From an uncultured archaeon (GTDB lineage: Archaea > Asgardarchaeota > Thorarchaeia > Thorarchaeales > Thorarchaeaceae): DNA of 24,638 nt. The translations under genes and the position numbers were made by a program. Positions 15,995-24,638 of this stretch are shown here, in pieces; position 1 is the first letter of the stretch, and each line of letters starts with the position of its first letter. The notes below the pieces were generated by a model. That model did not search any database. It was not told the DNA's origin and worked only from the letters and a program-made list of their open reading frames with translations. The stretch covers positions 1-24,638 of the forward strand of contig CAZSWP010000049.1 of the NCBI GenBank assembly GCA_964610875.1. The letters are read 5' to 3'.

Positions 15995-16879
15995 ATGTCA
16001 GAGAAACCTTTCTTCAGCAGACGACTAACTCATTCGGAACTTAATCTATGGTTACAATTTGAGAAGAAAACCTTAGGAAACTATGAGCTTGTCGAACATC
16101 TTGCCAAATCATTCATGGACCTCGAAAACTCAATGTTCTTCATTTCTGAATGGGGAGGAGAAACAGTAGCCGCCACAGCAATATATCGTGACTCAACCAG
16201 AAGAGCCATGAGTCTCATTGGAATCCGAATTCTAGAGGAGCATATAGATCATCTGAAGACACATACAGTGAAATCATCATTACCATTTTTCAGGTCAGTT
16301 ACAATAAGAGAGGTTGACGCACTGTTATTTTTGGATGAGAAAACACCCAATCAGTTGTTTCCATTAGAGAGTGCTATTCCATTCTGGTCAGTTTCTGCTT
16401 TAGAAGCCAATAAATTTCAATTGATAGAAAAGATCTATACTTCGTCCATTGAACTTGGTAATGAAAAATCCAAAAAACACCATAATCTAACCAACTTGAA
16501 GTTTGATGATATCCAACAACTCTATTGGATGAATCAATCAGTTATACTCCCTGATACATCTAATTTTTGGATGGGTCTTGAAATGTCTGCTTCCATAGGG
16601 AGCTTGTTTAAAGTGAAGGCAGATGAATTGAGCATAGCTTTTGGTGTTGTTGAAATAGATGATACAGTATATGTCACAGGCATTATAACTTCTCAAGATA
16701 TGAATGACCCTAATTTAATAGGAGCGCAGATTTTGAGGTACTGTAGTGCTAGAAAAATCAGTAGGGTCGTTTTCACTATTCTTGATGAACGACAGCTTCC
16801 AATTCTAAATCACATATCAATCTCGCTCGGAATTGAACCTATCACAAATGAAATGGGACTCTTCAGGAGAGTACTATAA
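15995..16879 (+). CDS. Hypothetical protein, possibly a degenerate tandem GNAT fold
   Basis: Starts 2 nt after the mer stop. FFISEWGGETVAATAI...SLIGIRILEEH and AFGVVEIDDTVYVTGII...LIGAQILRYC resemble GNAT strand/helix order, but there is no QxxGxG motif. Confidence 0.65.
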   Translation: MSEKPFFSRRLTHSELNLWLQFEKKTLGNYELVEHLAKSFMDLENSMFFISEWGGETVAATAIYRDSTRRAMSLIGIRILEEHIDHLKTHTVKSSLPFFRSVTIREVDALLFLDEKTPNQLFPLESAIPFWSVSALEANKFQLIEKIYTSSIELGNEKSKKHHNLTNLKFDDIQQLYWMNQSVILPDTSNFWMGLEMSASIGSLFKVKADELSIAFGVVEIDDTVYVTGIITSQDMNDPNLIGAQILRYCSARKISRVVFTILDERQLPILNHISISLGIEPITNEMGLFRRVL

Positions 16880-16937
16880 GTGGACCATTCGGAAACCCTT
16901 TTGTTAAATCACATATCCATTTACCGAGGTAGATGAA

Positions 16938-17942
16938 ATGTCCACACTCCATATCAACCGAAGCGGTTCAGGCATTGTGTTGAAATATGGTAGTATGAAA
17001 ATTGCTCTTGACACGTATGCAAGAGGTGCAGTGACATTTCTTTCTCACTCTCACAGTGATCACATAGTAGGTATTCAGAAAGCGAAACATATTGTAGCAA
17101 CAAGAGGAACATTCGAAACATTAGCAGCTAGAGGACAACGACTAGGCTGTTCAAAGAGTATTGTGAGATACAATGAAACGTTGGGGCAGATTGGAGTTTA
17201 TGTCACTGCCTTAAATGCGGGTCATGTTATTGGGTCATCAATGTTTCTCTTTGAGTTTGACGATGGAATGAAAGTACTTTACACAGGGGACTTCAACAAT
17301 GTAGACAGTATAGTCCATAAAGCAGCAGCGCCAGTCAATGCAGATGTTCTAATCACAGAAGCGACTTTTGGAACACCGTCATGGGTATTTCCTGACAGAG
17401 AACAAGTTCATTTCGATATTGTAGAAAAAGCAAAAACTAGTATTGAGAAAGGAATTCTACCCTTTTTCCAAGCTTATTCACTAGGAAAGGCTCAGGAAGC
17501 CATTGCTTTGTTGCAGAATAATGGATTTAATGTTGTATCAGGGAATAAGACCATTGATTCAGTCAATGAGGTGTACAACAAATACGGTAATGATTTGGAT
17601 TTTATTTCAATTGAAGAGGAGGAAATGCATTCAATTCTGGAACAGGATTGCGTTGTAATTACATCATCACCCAAACATACCAACAGGAATTTTCAAAAAA
17701 TCATTGGAAGAAAAAAATGGATGGATTTTGAGAGAAGGATTCAGATTTACAAGCTCTCAGGATGGGCACTGGGACAATATGGTACGATGGGCTTCCCACT
17801 TAGTGCACACTCTGACTATCCAGGATTAGTGGATTTCGCCCAGAATGTAGAACCGAGAGTCACCTACTGTTTTACAAGCAATGCAACCACACTTTCAAAT
17901 CAGCTTAATTCATTAGGAATACAAGCTCTTCCTTTGGAGTAG
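16938..17942 (+). CDS. Metallo-beta-lactamase beta-CASP nuclease (COG1236-like)
   Basis: SHSHSDH, AGHVIGS, LYTGD, LITEATFG, AYSLGKAQE and LSAHSD. RBS GAGGT upstream. Confidence 0.9.
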   Translation: MSTLHINRSGSGIVLKYGSMKIALDTYARGAVTFLSHSHSDHIVGIQKAKHIVATRGTFETLAARGQRLGCSKSIVRYNETLGQIGVYVTALNAGHVIGSSMFLFEFDDGMKVLYTGDFNNVDSIVHKAAAPVNADVLITEATFGTPSWVFPDREQVHFDIVEKAKTSIEKGILPFFQAYSLGKAQEAIALLQNNGFNVVSGNKTIDSVNEVYNKYGNDLDFISIEEEEMHSILEQDCVVITSSPKHTNRNFQKIIGRKKWMDFERRIQIYKLSGWALGQYGTMGFPLSAHSDYPGLVDFAQNVEPRVTYCFTSNATTLSNQLNSLGIQALPLE

Positions 17943-17950
17943 ACAGAGAA

Positions 17951-18529
17951 ATGTTATACGAAATCTCAGAGCTGGTTGAACCAGTACATGCACAGTCATT
18001 CTTCTCAGTATCTGCAACAGGAGAGATACATGAGAAACTCTCTTATGAATACATAGATCCTGAAGGGTATTACAGAAATCTGATTCAAGATGACAACTCC
18101 TTGGCAGAAGAAATAAGAAAACTCTCAACTAACATGCAGTATTTCTTAGATCAAGAGAGAGTGGAGCTCAATAATGAGCATGTTCGATCGTTTGTAAATT
18201 TTGCTGATATTTTTCTAAAGGGAGCAAGTGAAGTTGTAGAAGTAATGTTTCTGATAGACTTCGCAGGACGACTAAAAATAGGTAAGAATAGGATTGAAAC
18301 TTGGCTTGAAGCAGAAATTGCACCTTATGATTTCGAAATAGTTTGGAGATATCCGGTTGGGTCCAAAGTCTTGGAAATCAATAGCCTACTTGAATATGAA
18401 ATCTATGATGATTTGGTAGTTCTTTGGGCATACGAAGGAGAGAATGTTGGCGGATATGAGATAATGGAATTCGAGATACCATCTACAGGATACGACACAA
18501 GAGTTACTAATGATTCAACTGTGGTGTAG
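17951..18529 (+). CDS. Acidic hypothetical protein (192 aa)
   Basis: Long ORF in operon-like spacing (8 nt after the previous stop); beta-rich and Glu/Asp-rich. Confidence 0.75.
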   Translation: MLYEISELVEPVHAQSFFSVSATGEIHEKLSYEYIDPEGYYRNLIQDDNSLAEEIRKLSTNMQYFLDQERVELNNEHVRSFVNFADIFLKGASEVVEVMFLIDFAGRLKIGKNRIETWLEAEIAPYDFEIVWRYPVGSKVLEINSLLEYEIYDDLVVLWAYEGENVGGYEIMEFEIPSTGYDTRVTNDSTVV

Positions 18530-18546
18530 AGGATTGTGATCCATCA

Positions 18547-18801
18547 ATGCAGGGAATAGTATCTTTAGAAAACATTGCTCTAATTCTGATAATACTTGGA
18601 TTTCTGATGATTTTCATAGGTATTTTATCATCAGTTCCAAAATCAGATTCAGAGGATTCCCAGTATACTTCGAAATCAAAGGGCGTTATCTTTATTGGTC
18701 CCATTCCAATTGTGTGGGGTTTTGAAAAAAGAACAAGAAACATTATCATCATTGTAGGTTTGACTCTAATACTGATTTGGTTCTTACTTACATTATTCTA
18801 G
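18547..18801 (+). CDS. DUF131/TIGR00304-family small membrane protein
   Basis: Two TM helices flanking the signature KGVIFIGPIPIVWG. Confidence 0.85.
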   Translation: MQGIVSLENIALILIILGFLMIFIGILSSVPKSDSEDSQYTSKSKGVIFIGPIPIVWGFEKRTRNIIIIVGLTLILIWFLLTLF

Positions 18802-19054
18802 CGTTATATCCACATTCTGGACACATGTTGGTGTTTGGTAGTGTCCTTACAATAATCCCGTTCAGGAGGCATTCAGGGCAAATTAGTAAAGAATTCTTAC
18901 AGATGGGGCATTTTGTATCATTGCTTAAATCCCTGATGCAAGTTATTGTGCCGCAAGAATGGCACTTGATGGCATGCTGATGACAGAATTCATTCTTACA
19001 TTTGTCGCATTTTATCTTAGGGCGATTTCGACATAATGCACAAGTTCTAGCCAT
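18788..19054 (-). CDS. Cys-rich multi-zinc-finger microprotein (B-box-like)
   Basis: ATG 19054 gives MARTCALC...CPECGY: 88 aa with 14 Cys in CxxC/CxxH/CxxD pairs. TATA-like TACTTATC about 40 nt upstream. Confidence 0.75.
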   Translation of the reverse strand: MARTCALCRNRPKIKCDKCKNEFCHQHAIKCHSCGTITCIRDLSNDTKCPICKNSLLICPECLLNGIIVRTLPNTNMCPECGYNARIM

Positions 19055-19192
19055 CTGAGTCAACCCCAAATTCAGAGGGTATGGCCGCTAGATAAGTATA
19101 GTGTGAGGATTTTGGATATGCAGGTTGTATTACCCAAAGATTACCAATCTCTAAAGCATAATCTAGTCAACACATGATAAGGTGCTTAGATA

Positions 19193-19453
19193 ATGCAATT
19201 TGTATGCCGTACATGTGGAAAGCAATCCTCAGATATTGACATGATTCTAGATGGTGAATGTTCATGTGGTGGAAGCCACTTCAAACTTATATCTGAAGAA
19301 CCAGTTATACTGCCAATATCTACAACCGCAAAAGAACAGCTAAGGATGGATCTTCACAATTGGATAGATTTGAATCTTGATTCCTTAGATACAGATTCAG
19401 TAGGTGACATAAGAGTCGCATTTGAATTATGTAATGATGAGTTACGACGCTGA
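19193..19453 (+). CDS. Small Zn-ribbon protein (N-terminus resembles DUF2072/OapC-type ribbons)
   Basis: MQFVCRTCG...ILDGECSCGGSHFKLI. RBS AAGGTG upstream. Confidence 0.7.
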   Translation: MQFVCRTCGKQSSDIDMILDGECSCGGSHFKLISEEPVILPISTTAKEQLRMDLHNWIDLNLDSLDTDSVGDIRVAFELCNDELRR

Positions 19454-22075
19454 TTCATTCTCGGAGTCCAAATCGTCCAAAGGACGCTCTATCTTAGCTA
19501 TTTGACTTTCTATCTCCACGTTGATATCAGTTCTACCACCAACATCAGCAATGCGTTGTACGGCTTTCAAATTATGAATCAGGGAGTCCAACCAAGAATA
19601 GATGTCACCGGGATACGCCCAGAGTTCATAATCATCCTGAAGTTTCTTTGCTAACCCTGATGGATTAAGACCATTCTTTCTTTCCCTTACAAGCCATTTA
19701 CCTAACTCGATTTTTGGGTGTTCGCAGTCCGGGAAAAAGCTACAGCCGCAATTGAAGAAGTCCGAAGTCCAGCCTGAGAATAACTCGAAGACCCATTTGG
19801 GAAGTCTTGCAGCTCCTGAACGCGGATTCTTCATACTGGTCATCTCAGCAAATATCCCTGAAAACAATCTTGTAGGCATATGTGTTCTAAAAGCTGAATT
19901 GACTTCACTCTGGAGTTTAGATGTGAGATACACATTTTGAAAAGGTTCTAACTTGATAGCAATTTCAAGAACATCCATTTTATCCAGTAATTTCCTAACA
20001 TTATATCCATCAGTTGGTGTCAGGAAGGATAATGATGTTGCACGTCCTAGTGGTGTAGTGTGAGCGCCACCTTCCTTTACTCGAATCATATGTGTTTTGA
20101 CCAGATGCTTTAAAGCATCTGATGGAGGGACTGATCCAGATAGCATTTTCAAGTAGACTCTTGCAATCTTCTTGAGGTCGACTAATCCTGTAGAGCAGAT
20201 TGTAGCAAGTATCTGTTCAGCAGAAACTTCCTTATCAGCAAAGGGTTCAACATCTTCTATTTCACCTTTGAGAAGTTCAGCAGCAATTTGATCTTCCACC
20301 TTGTCCTGTCCAGAATGATATTTTCGTTCAGGTTCAACAAGCATGTAGACTTTCCCTCTATCATGTTTGCCAAGTCGTCCAGCTCTCCCGAGCATCTGTT
20401 CAAATTCAGCAGTAGATATCCAGTCTGCACCCATTGCGAGACTCTCGAAGATGACTTGTGAAGCAGGTAGGTCTACACCAGCACCCAGAGCTGCTGTAGT
20501 AACCACGCAAGGATATCGCTGCTTATTGTATGAATATTCAATACTCCGTCGCTTTGAATAAGATAAACCCCCATGATAAACAGCACTACGTACGCGATGC
20601 TCTCGAAGCCAGTCGCTTAGACCATGTGCTCTTCTACGTGAGAATGTAAATACAATTGATTGTCCTTTGTTTCCAGATGAGCTCTCGTGTCGAAACTCTT
20701 CTTTTACTAGACGTTGAATTATATGACGCTTATGTTCCTCATTCCGTGCAAAGACTAAGTGACGCTCTAATGGAATAGGACGACCAACATATTCAACGAG
20801 GTTAAGTCCTAATTCTTTTGCTAGAGTTTCAGGAGAACCAACTGTGGCAGATAGTGCTAAGACCTGTGCCTTTGGATAATGAAAACGCATTCTCGCAAGA
20901 AGACCATCTAGTTCTGGTCCACGTTCAGGGTCTGCAAGATTTTGAATCTCGTCAATGATGATTGTCCCAACATTTCCAATCTGTTTGGTTTCGCCTGAAC
21001 GAAAAATCAAATCCAATGCTTCATAGGTAGCGCATATTATGTCAGCTTTAGACACATCCGTATCTACAATCGGTTTTCCCTCTTTGCCTACATCAAGTCG
21101 GGACATACCAACCTTAATTCCAACACGAAGGCCTAATTTCTTGTAACGTGTTCTAAAAGATTCATATTTCTCATTTGTCAATGCAACAAGGGGTGAGAGG
21201 TAAATCATCTTCCTACCTTTCAATGCGGATGGGATACCTGCCATCTCACCAATCAAAGTCTTGCCTGATGAAGTAGAAGATACAATCATTAAACTTTCAT
21301 TCTTTAGAAGACCGGCATCAATGACAAGCTCTTGAACTGGTAACAATTCTGAGAATCCTTCGTCGGAGAGTAATTTCCTAAATTCATCTGGGAGGTTCAA
21401 TTCTGAAACTCTCTTACCAGTCCCTGTGAAACCTGTAGTTAGAGTATCCACCAATGTCAATTCTGGGTCTTTTGTTGGGTCAAAATTTGGATTGAGTAAG
21501 TCAAGAAGACGAGGTATTGATTTTACTTTCGCAAGTTGTCGTTCTATATGCTGCGTCATGACTTTTGATAGGTGGACATTCATACTTTTCAGGTCGGTCT
21601 TGAGATCCGCTTTTGCACATGTAAGGCAAAGAACTTGCGTCTGTGATACTTTGATTGCATTTCTTCTTGTCAATACTGTGAATCTATCATCTCGAACACA
21701 ATGCTCACAAACTGGCACTACTCTTGCTTTTGGAGCCTGAAGACGATCCAAGAAATCTTTTAGATTCTTGAGAAAACCTGGTTTGAATTTTCTGGGAATT
21801 AAAATCACTTTTGCTTTACGTAAGAATTCATGAAACTCCTTGGGTTGATAATAGACAGGTTTGTTATACTTTACAAACCAAGAACGACGAATCTCCATAA
21901 GACCGTTCGACCGGTATCCTAGTTCAATTACTCCAGATAATTGCATTCGTTGTCTATCATGTAGAACATCAGAAATCACAGAAACATAGATGGTCAATTC
22001 TTGCCTTCCTGCACGTAATACAATAGAATAGGGTTTGGTCATCCGTTTTTGTATATCTGCATCTGCTACTTCCAA
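19442..22075 (-). CDS. Archaea-specific Ski2-like SF2 helicase (ASH-Ski2, COG1202/DUF5814)
   Basis: LLPVQ, SSTSSGKTLIGE, PLVALTNEKY, DEIQ, LSAT, TTAALGAGVDLPASQVIFESLAMG and QMLGRAGR. N-terminal CEHC/CLTC and C-terminal CGC..FPDCEH metal sites, YPGDI. RBS GAGGT upstream. Confidence 0.9.
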   Translation of the reverse strand: MEVADADIQKRMTKPYSIVLRAGRQELTIYVSVISDVLHDRQRMQLSGVIELGYRSNGLMEIRRSWFVKYNKPVYYQPKEFHEFLRKAKVILIPRKFKPGFLKNLKDFLDRLQAPKARVVPVCEHCVRDDRFTVLTRRNAIKVSQTQVLCLTCAKADLKTDLKSMNVHLSKVMTQHIERQLAKVKSIPRLLDLLNPNFDPTKDPELTLVDTLTTGFTGTGKRVSELNLPDEFRKLLSDEGFSELLPVQELVIDAGLLKNESLMIVSSTSSGKTLIGEMAGIPSALKGRKMIYLSPLVALTNEKYESFRTRYKKLGLRVGIKVGMSRLDVGKEGKPIVDTDVSKADIICATYEALDLIFRSGETKQIGNVGTIIIDEIQNLADPERGPELDGLLARMRFHYPKAQVLALSATVGSPETLAKELGLNLVEYVGRPIPLERHLVFARNEEHKRHIIQRLVKEEFRHESSSGNKGQSIVFTFSRRRAHGLSDWLREHRVRSAVYHGGLSYSKRRSIEYSYNKQRYPCVVTTAALGAGVDLPASQVIFESLAMGADWISTAEFEQMLGRAGRLGKHDRGKVYMLVEPERKYHSGQDKVEDQIAAELLKGEIEDVEPFADKEVSAEQILATICSTGLVDLKKIARVYLKMLSGSVPPSDALKHLVKTHMIRVKEGGAHTTPLGRATSLSFLTPTDGYNVRKLLDKMDVLEIAIKLEPFQNVYLTSKLQSEVNSAFRTHMPTRLFSGIFAEMTSMKNPRSGAARLPKWVFELFSGWTSDFFNCGCSFFPDCEHPKIELGKWLVRERKNGLNPSGLAKKLQDDYELWAYPGDIYSWLDSLIHNLKAVQRIADVGGRTDINVEIESQIAKIERPLDDLDSENESAS

Positions 22076-22128
22076 GAAGTTACCTCATATCGCAGGTTTA
22101 AAGAACGAACAAGACTCTTGTGGTTTCG

Positions 22129-22899
22129 TCAAAGCTCGAAAATAAAGCTTTCAACGCTCTTGCGAACAAGTCCAATGGTTGCTTCATATTCTTCCCTGAA
22201 TCCTTCAATTCCAGTCCCACCAACACCAGCTTTTTCAACAATCATCCAATCGGACATGATTTCGATATTTGAAAAAGAAGCAAATCTGCCAAATGGTATT
22301 GCCAGCACCTTGCTTTTCTCAGGACTAGCATATTTATGATGATTAAACCATTCCACGAAGGGTTTGTATAATGGCTGATTTGTGCCGGCTAGAATGAATC
22401 GGGCACGCTGTACGCCTGATATATGAGAAACATTCATTCTTTTCAGCATATCAGTGTAGTGAGCAACCGTAGGAAGATTGGGACCACCTTTCAGAATTGC
22501 AACAGGATCTACTGCTAGTACATTCCCACGCTCAAGGACGAGATGACTAACCATTGTAACTATTTCTTCTTCTTCCCGTGCAGAGAGAGGATCTATTACT
22601 TCTGGTTTTATGATGTCAACTAGCGGAACAGGTTCATCATATCGAAGTATTGTTGGGTCGAACATGAGTGCAGAGATGTGTTCTTCAATTTCAACTCTGA
22701 TACCTTTTTTCTCACCATAGCCTTTGAAATATCCAGGACCGACAAGAATTGAGTAGACTTTATCATCACGAAGAATGGACCAGAGTTGTGTAGAAATAAT
22801 CAATACCTTACCAGTTAAGTCTGCTTTCTTTAATGGTCCTGAGTTGAAATCATATGCTTCGATGTCTAACAACCAATATAGTGGACTTTGGGTCATCAT
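22129..22899 (-). CDS. Hypothetical protein (about 256 aa)
   Basis: Likely start is ATG 22899 or 22896, directly after the upstream stop at 22901. The track's 22962 start overlaps the upstream gene. Confidence 0.75.
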   Translation of the reverse strand: MMTQSPLYWLLDIEAYDFNSGPLKKADLTGKVLIISTQLWSILRDDKVYSILVGPGYFKGYGEKKGIRVEIEEHISALMFDPTILRYDEPVPLVDIIKPEVIDPLSAREEEEIVTMVSHLVLERGNVLAVDPVAILKGGPNLPTVAHYTDMLKRMNVSHISGVQRARFILAGTNQPLYKPFVEWFNHHKYASPEKSKVLAIPFGRFASFSNIEIMSDWMIVEKAGVGGTGIEGFREEYEATIGLVRKSVESFIFEL

Positions 22900-22900
22900 A

Positions 22901-24100
22901 TCAAGTATCACCATACACATGTGTAATGATAAAATCGTAAAGCAATGATGTTGCTGTTTCATCTTGATTTTCAGCTCTTGAGGCTGAAAGACTTGCTTCC
23001 ATTTTGTCGATTATCGATTCCTTGTCAATTCCATCTATCTGTAGACGAGTAGATATTTCGTCAATACATCTTTCAAGATTATCCCTGCTAGATGTACCTT
23101 GGTACCTCAAGACCCTCAAAACCCGAGCTATTTTTTCATGTAGATATTTTGCTCTATCATCCTTGCGTCTACGTTTTGCCAATCTAACATCTCGTTCCAA
23201 AAAATCATAAGGAGTAATCATTTCGGGTTCTAATTTTCCACCACGCGACATACTGGAACCAACATCCACATAGGAAGAACGGTCACCCCGCGTTCCAAGC
23301 GGTTTCGGAGCGATATGAAGTATGAAATGAGATAATGTTAGAAGACTCATTTCATTGAAATCAGCATCAAATCCATCTACAATAGCATTGATCTTTGCAA
23401 TGTAGCTCCCCATTGCAGAAGACTCGGATGAACCCTCCATAATGATCCTTTGTAGATATCTGTAGAATGCTTGAGCTCGACGCTTTAGCGAGATGAGTTT
23501 GCCTCTAATTGTGCTATCAGACCACTCGGTCACAGCTATTCCCAATGCAATGAGAACGTCTTCATGAGTGGATTGCACATGTTCATTCAACCATGTCTGT
23601 ATAACAGGTGCGATGAAGGTCTCTGCTATTTTTGTTCTTGCTGATAAAACAAGCATTGCTTTTTCAACAGGAATATCATCCTCCTCCATTGCAGTTTCGA
23701 TGTTTGCAATCTCTCGAACTCTAAGTTCTAATTGGCTGGAGTATTTTCCATAAAGATATTCGAGCCAGCGTCCTTCATCAATAGCAAATTCCTGAACATT
23801 TCCAGGGATATTCGGTATATTAGACCCAACTGTATTTCGTCTATGTATCTCCTGCATTAGTAGATTGACAGCTTCACGGATTGAAAGAATACCGTCTAGG
23901 TCAATGAGATAGGCAACCATAGCTATTTGAAGAGGACATTTTAATTTGTCCGCAATTTTGCCAGCTAGATCAATGGGAACTCTACTCACTCTGTCCCTCA
24001 AATCAGCGTGCTTCTCCTGAAACTCTTTGACCAGATTCTGTCTGCTCTCGACAGCCATCTTTTCTACATCAGGATCATTTAGCACATTCAGTCGCCTCAT
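22901..24100 (-). CDS. Hypothetical alpha-helical protein (about 395-400 aa)
   Basis: Long ORF. Likely start is ATG 24100, or GTG 24085 preceded by GAGGCGA. The TATA-like TACTTATAC at about 24165-24173 argues against the 24181 start. Confidence 0.8.
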   Translation of the reverse strand: MRRLNVLNDPDVEKMAVESRQNLVKEFQEKHADLRDRVSRVPIDLAGKIADKLKCPLQIAMVAYLIDLDGILSIREAVNLLMQEIHRRNTVGSNIPNIPGNVQEFAIDEGRWLEYLYGKYSSQLELRVREIANIETAMEEDDIPVEKAMLVLSARTKIAETFIAPVIQTWLNEHVQSTHEDVLIALGIAVTEWSDSTIRGKLISLKRRAQAFYRYLQRIIMEGSSESSAMGSYIAKINAIVDGFDADFNEMSLLTLSHFILHIAPKPLGTRGDRSSYVDVGSSMSRGGKLEPEMITPYDFLERDVRLAKRRRKDDRAKYLHEKIARVLRVLRYQGTSSRDNLERCIDEISTRLQIDGIDKESIIDKMEASLSASRAENQDETATSLLYDFIITHVYGDT

Positions 24101-24211
24101 TCCAAATCTAATTTCAACTAGTATTATGAAAAAATAAAACTGGAGAACAATATCAATGATATGTGTATAAGTACATATCATATTCTACTCATTGAACAAG
24201 GAGTTACTCAT

Positions 24212-24445
24212 TCATGCTCCAAAAGATAGCAGTAGAAAGTGAATACCATAGCCAATGAAAATTGCACCTAAAACCATTGCAAATATAATCTTGATTCTTG
24301 AATAGTGACGGGCATGCTCAACGTGCACAGCAAGCCAACCAAAAGCAAGAAGACCAAAGAATAAGAATACTACTGAAAATGCGCCTAAGGAAAGGCTCTG
24401 TGTTATCGATTCAACCCAATTAGTCCACCATTCAAACTGGAGCAT
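24212..24445 (-). CDS. Small 2-TM membrane protein
   Basis: Two hydrophobic helices separated by HVEHARHYSR. RBS GAGGT and TATA-like TTTAAA upstream. Confidence 0.7.
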   Translation of the reverse strand: MLQFEWWTNWVESITQSLSLGAFSVVFLFFGLLAFGWLAVHVEHARHYSRIKIIFAMVLGAIFIGYGIHFLLLSFGA

Positions 24446-24542
24446 TGTTTAGACCTCTGAATAAGTTAGTATGTCCGCCATTGACATGAGAATTTAAACA
24501 TCTCGGTCGTTCAATAAACGTGCAACAGGACATCACTTGTGA

Positions 24543-24638
24543 TTAAGCAACGAAGGAATATTCATCCTCAAACTCTTTTTTATCGATTGTGATCTTTCTA
24601 ACTACCCGCCCCTTTTTCTTAGCAGCTTTTCTCTTCTC
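24543..24638 (-). CDS. 3' end of a gene entering from the right edge (Lys/Arg-rich tail)
   Basis: Open frame EKRKAAKKKGRVVRKITIDKKEFEDEYSFVA-TAA from the window edge. Confidence 0.55.
   Translation of the reverse strand, partial: EKRKAAKKKGRVVRKITIDKKEFEDEYSFVA

Noticed and set aside
24101-24181. N-terminal extension of the 426-aa ORF (and likewise 22900-22962 of the next ORF)
   Set aside because: The extensions cover a TATA-like element or overlap the upstream gene; better starts exist downstream.
1-24638. Mobile elements, CRISPR arrays, defence island, and the remaining short antisense ORFs in the track
   Set aside because: I saw no transposase, integrase, terminal repeats or repeat-spacer periodicity. 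The short ORFs lie within or opposite well-supported genes and lack motifs.

Overview
Gene-dense archaeal chromosome segment, most likely from an Asgard archaeon (Thorarchaeia-like; inferred from gene content, especially a two-domain RPB5-like Rpo5 together with mer, NreA, EndoQ and ASH-Ski2). I saw no rRNA, tRNA, CRISPR array or mobile element. Recognisable genes are the 3' end of a PseI/NeuB-type synthase, TatD, an HD hydrolase, a CinA-N/COG1058 protein, a polyprenol kinase, Rpo5, an EamA transporter, a T2SSF/TadC-like pilus platform protein, NreA, EndoQ, an MDR-family dehydrogenase homologue, Mer, a beta-CASP nuclease and ASH-Ski2; there are also several regulators and hypotheticals. Highlights: (1) a stand-alone Rpo5 with a eukaryote-like RPB5 N-terminal jaw domain, outside the usual rpo operon; (2) a 40-aa desulforedoxin ORF missed by the ORF track, with a palindrome upstream; (3) a tightly coupled operon of an ADH homologue lacking its catalytic-Zn ligands, an EndoQ with a remodelled Zn finger, and an OB-fold protein; (4) a membrane-anchored wHTH regulator split at a TGATG/A4 junction, next to a secreted protein with a palindromic operator candidate; (5) an RHH-V4R regulator with 10-bp-phased TACT motifs across its promoter, tail-to-tail with an AbrB-ACT-like protein; (6) a 14-Cys B-box-like microprotein. 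All family assignments are by eye from motifs; no searches were run.
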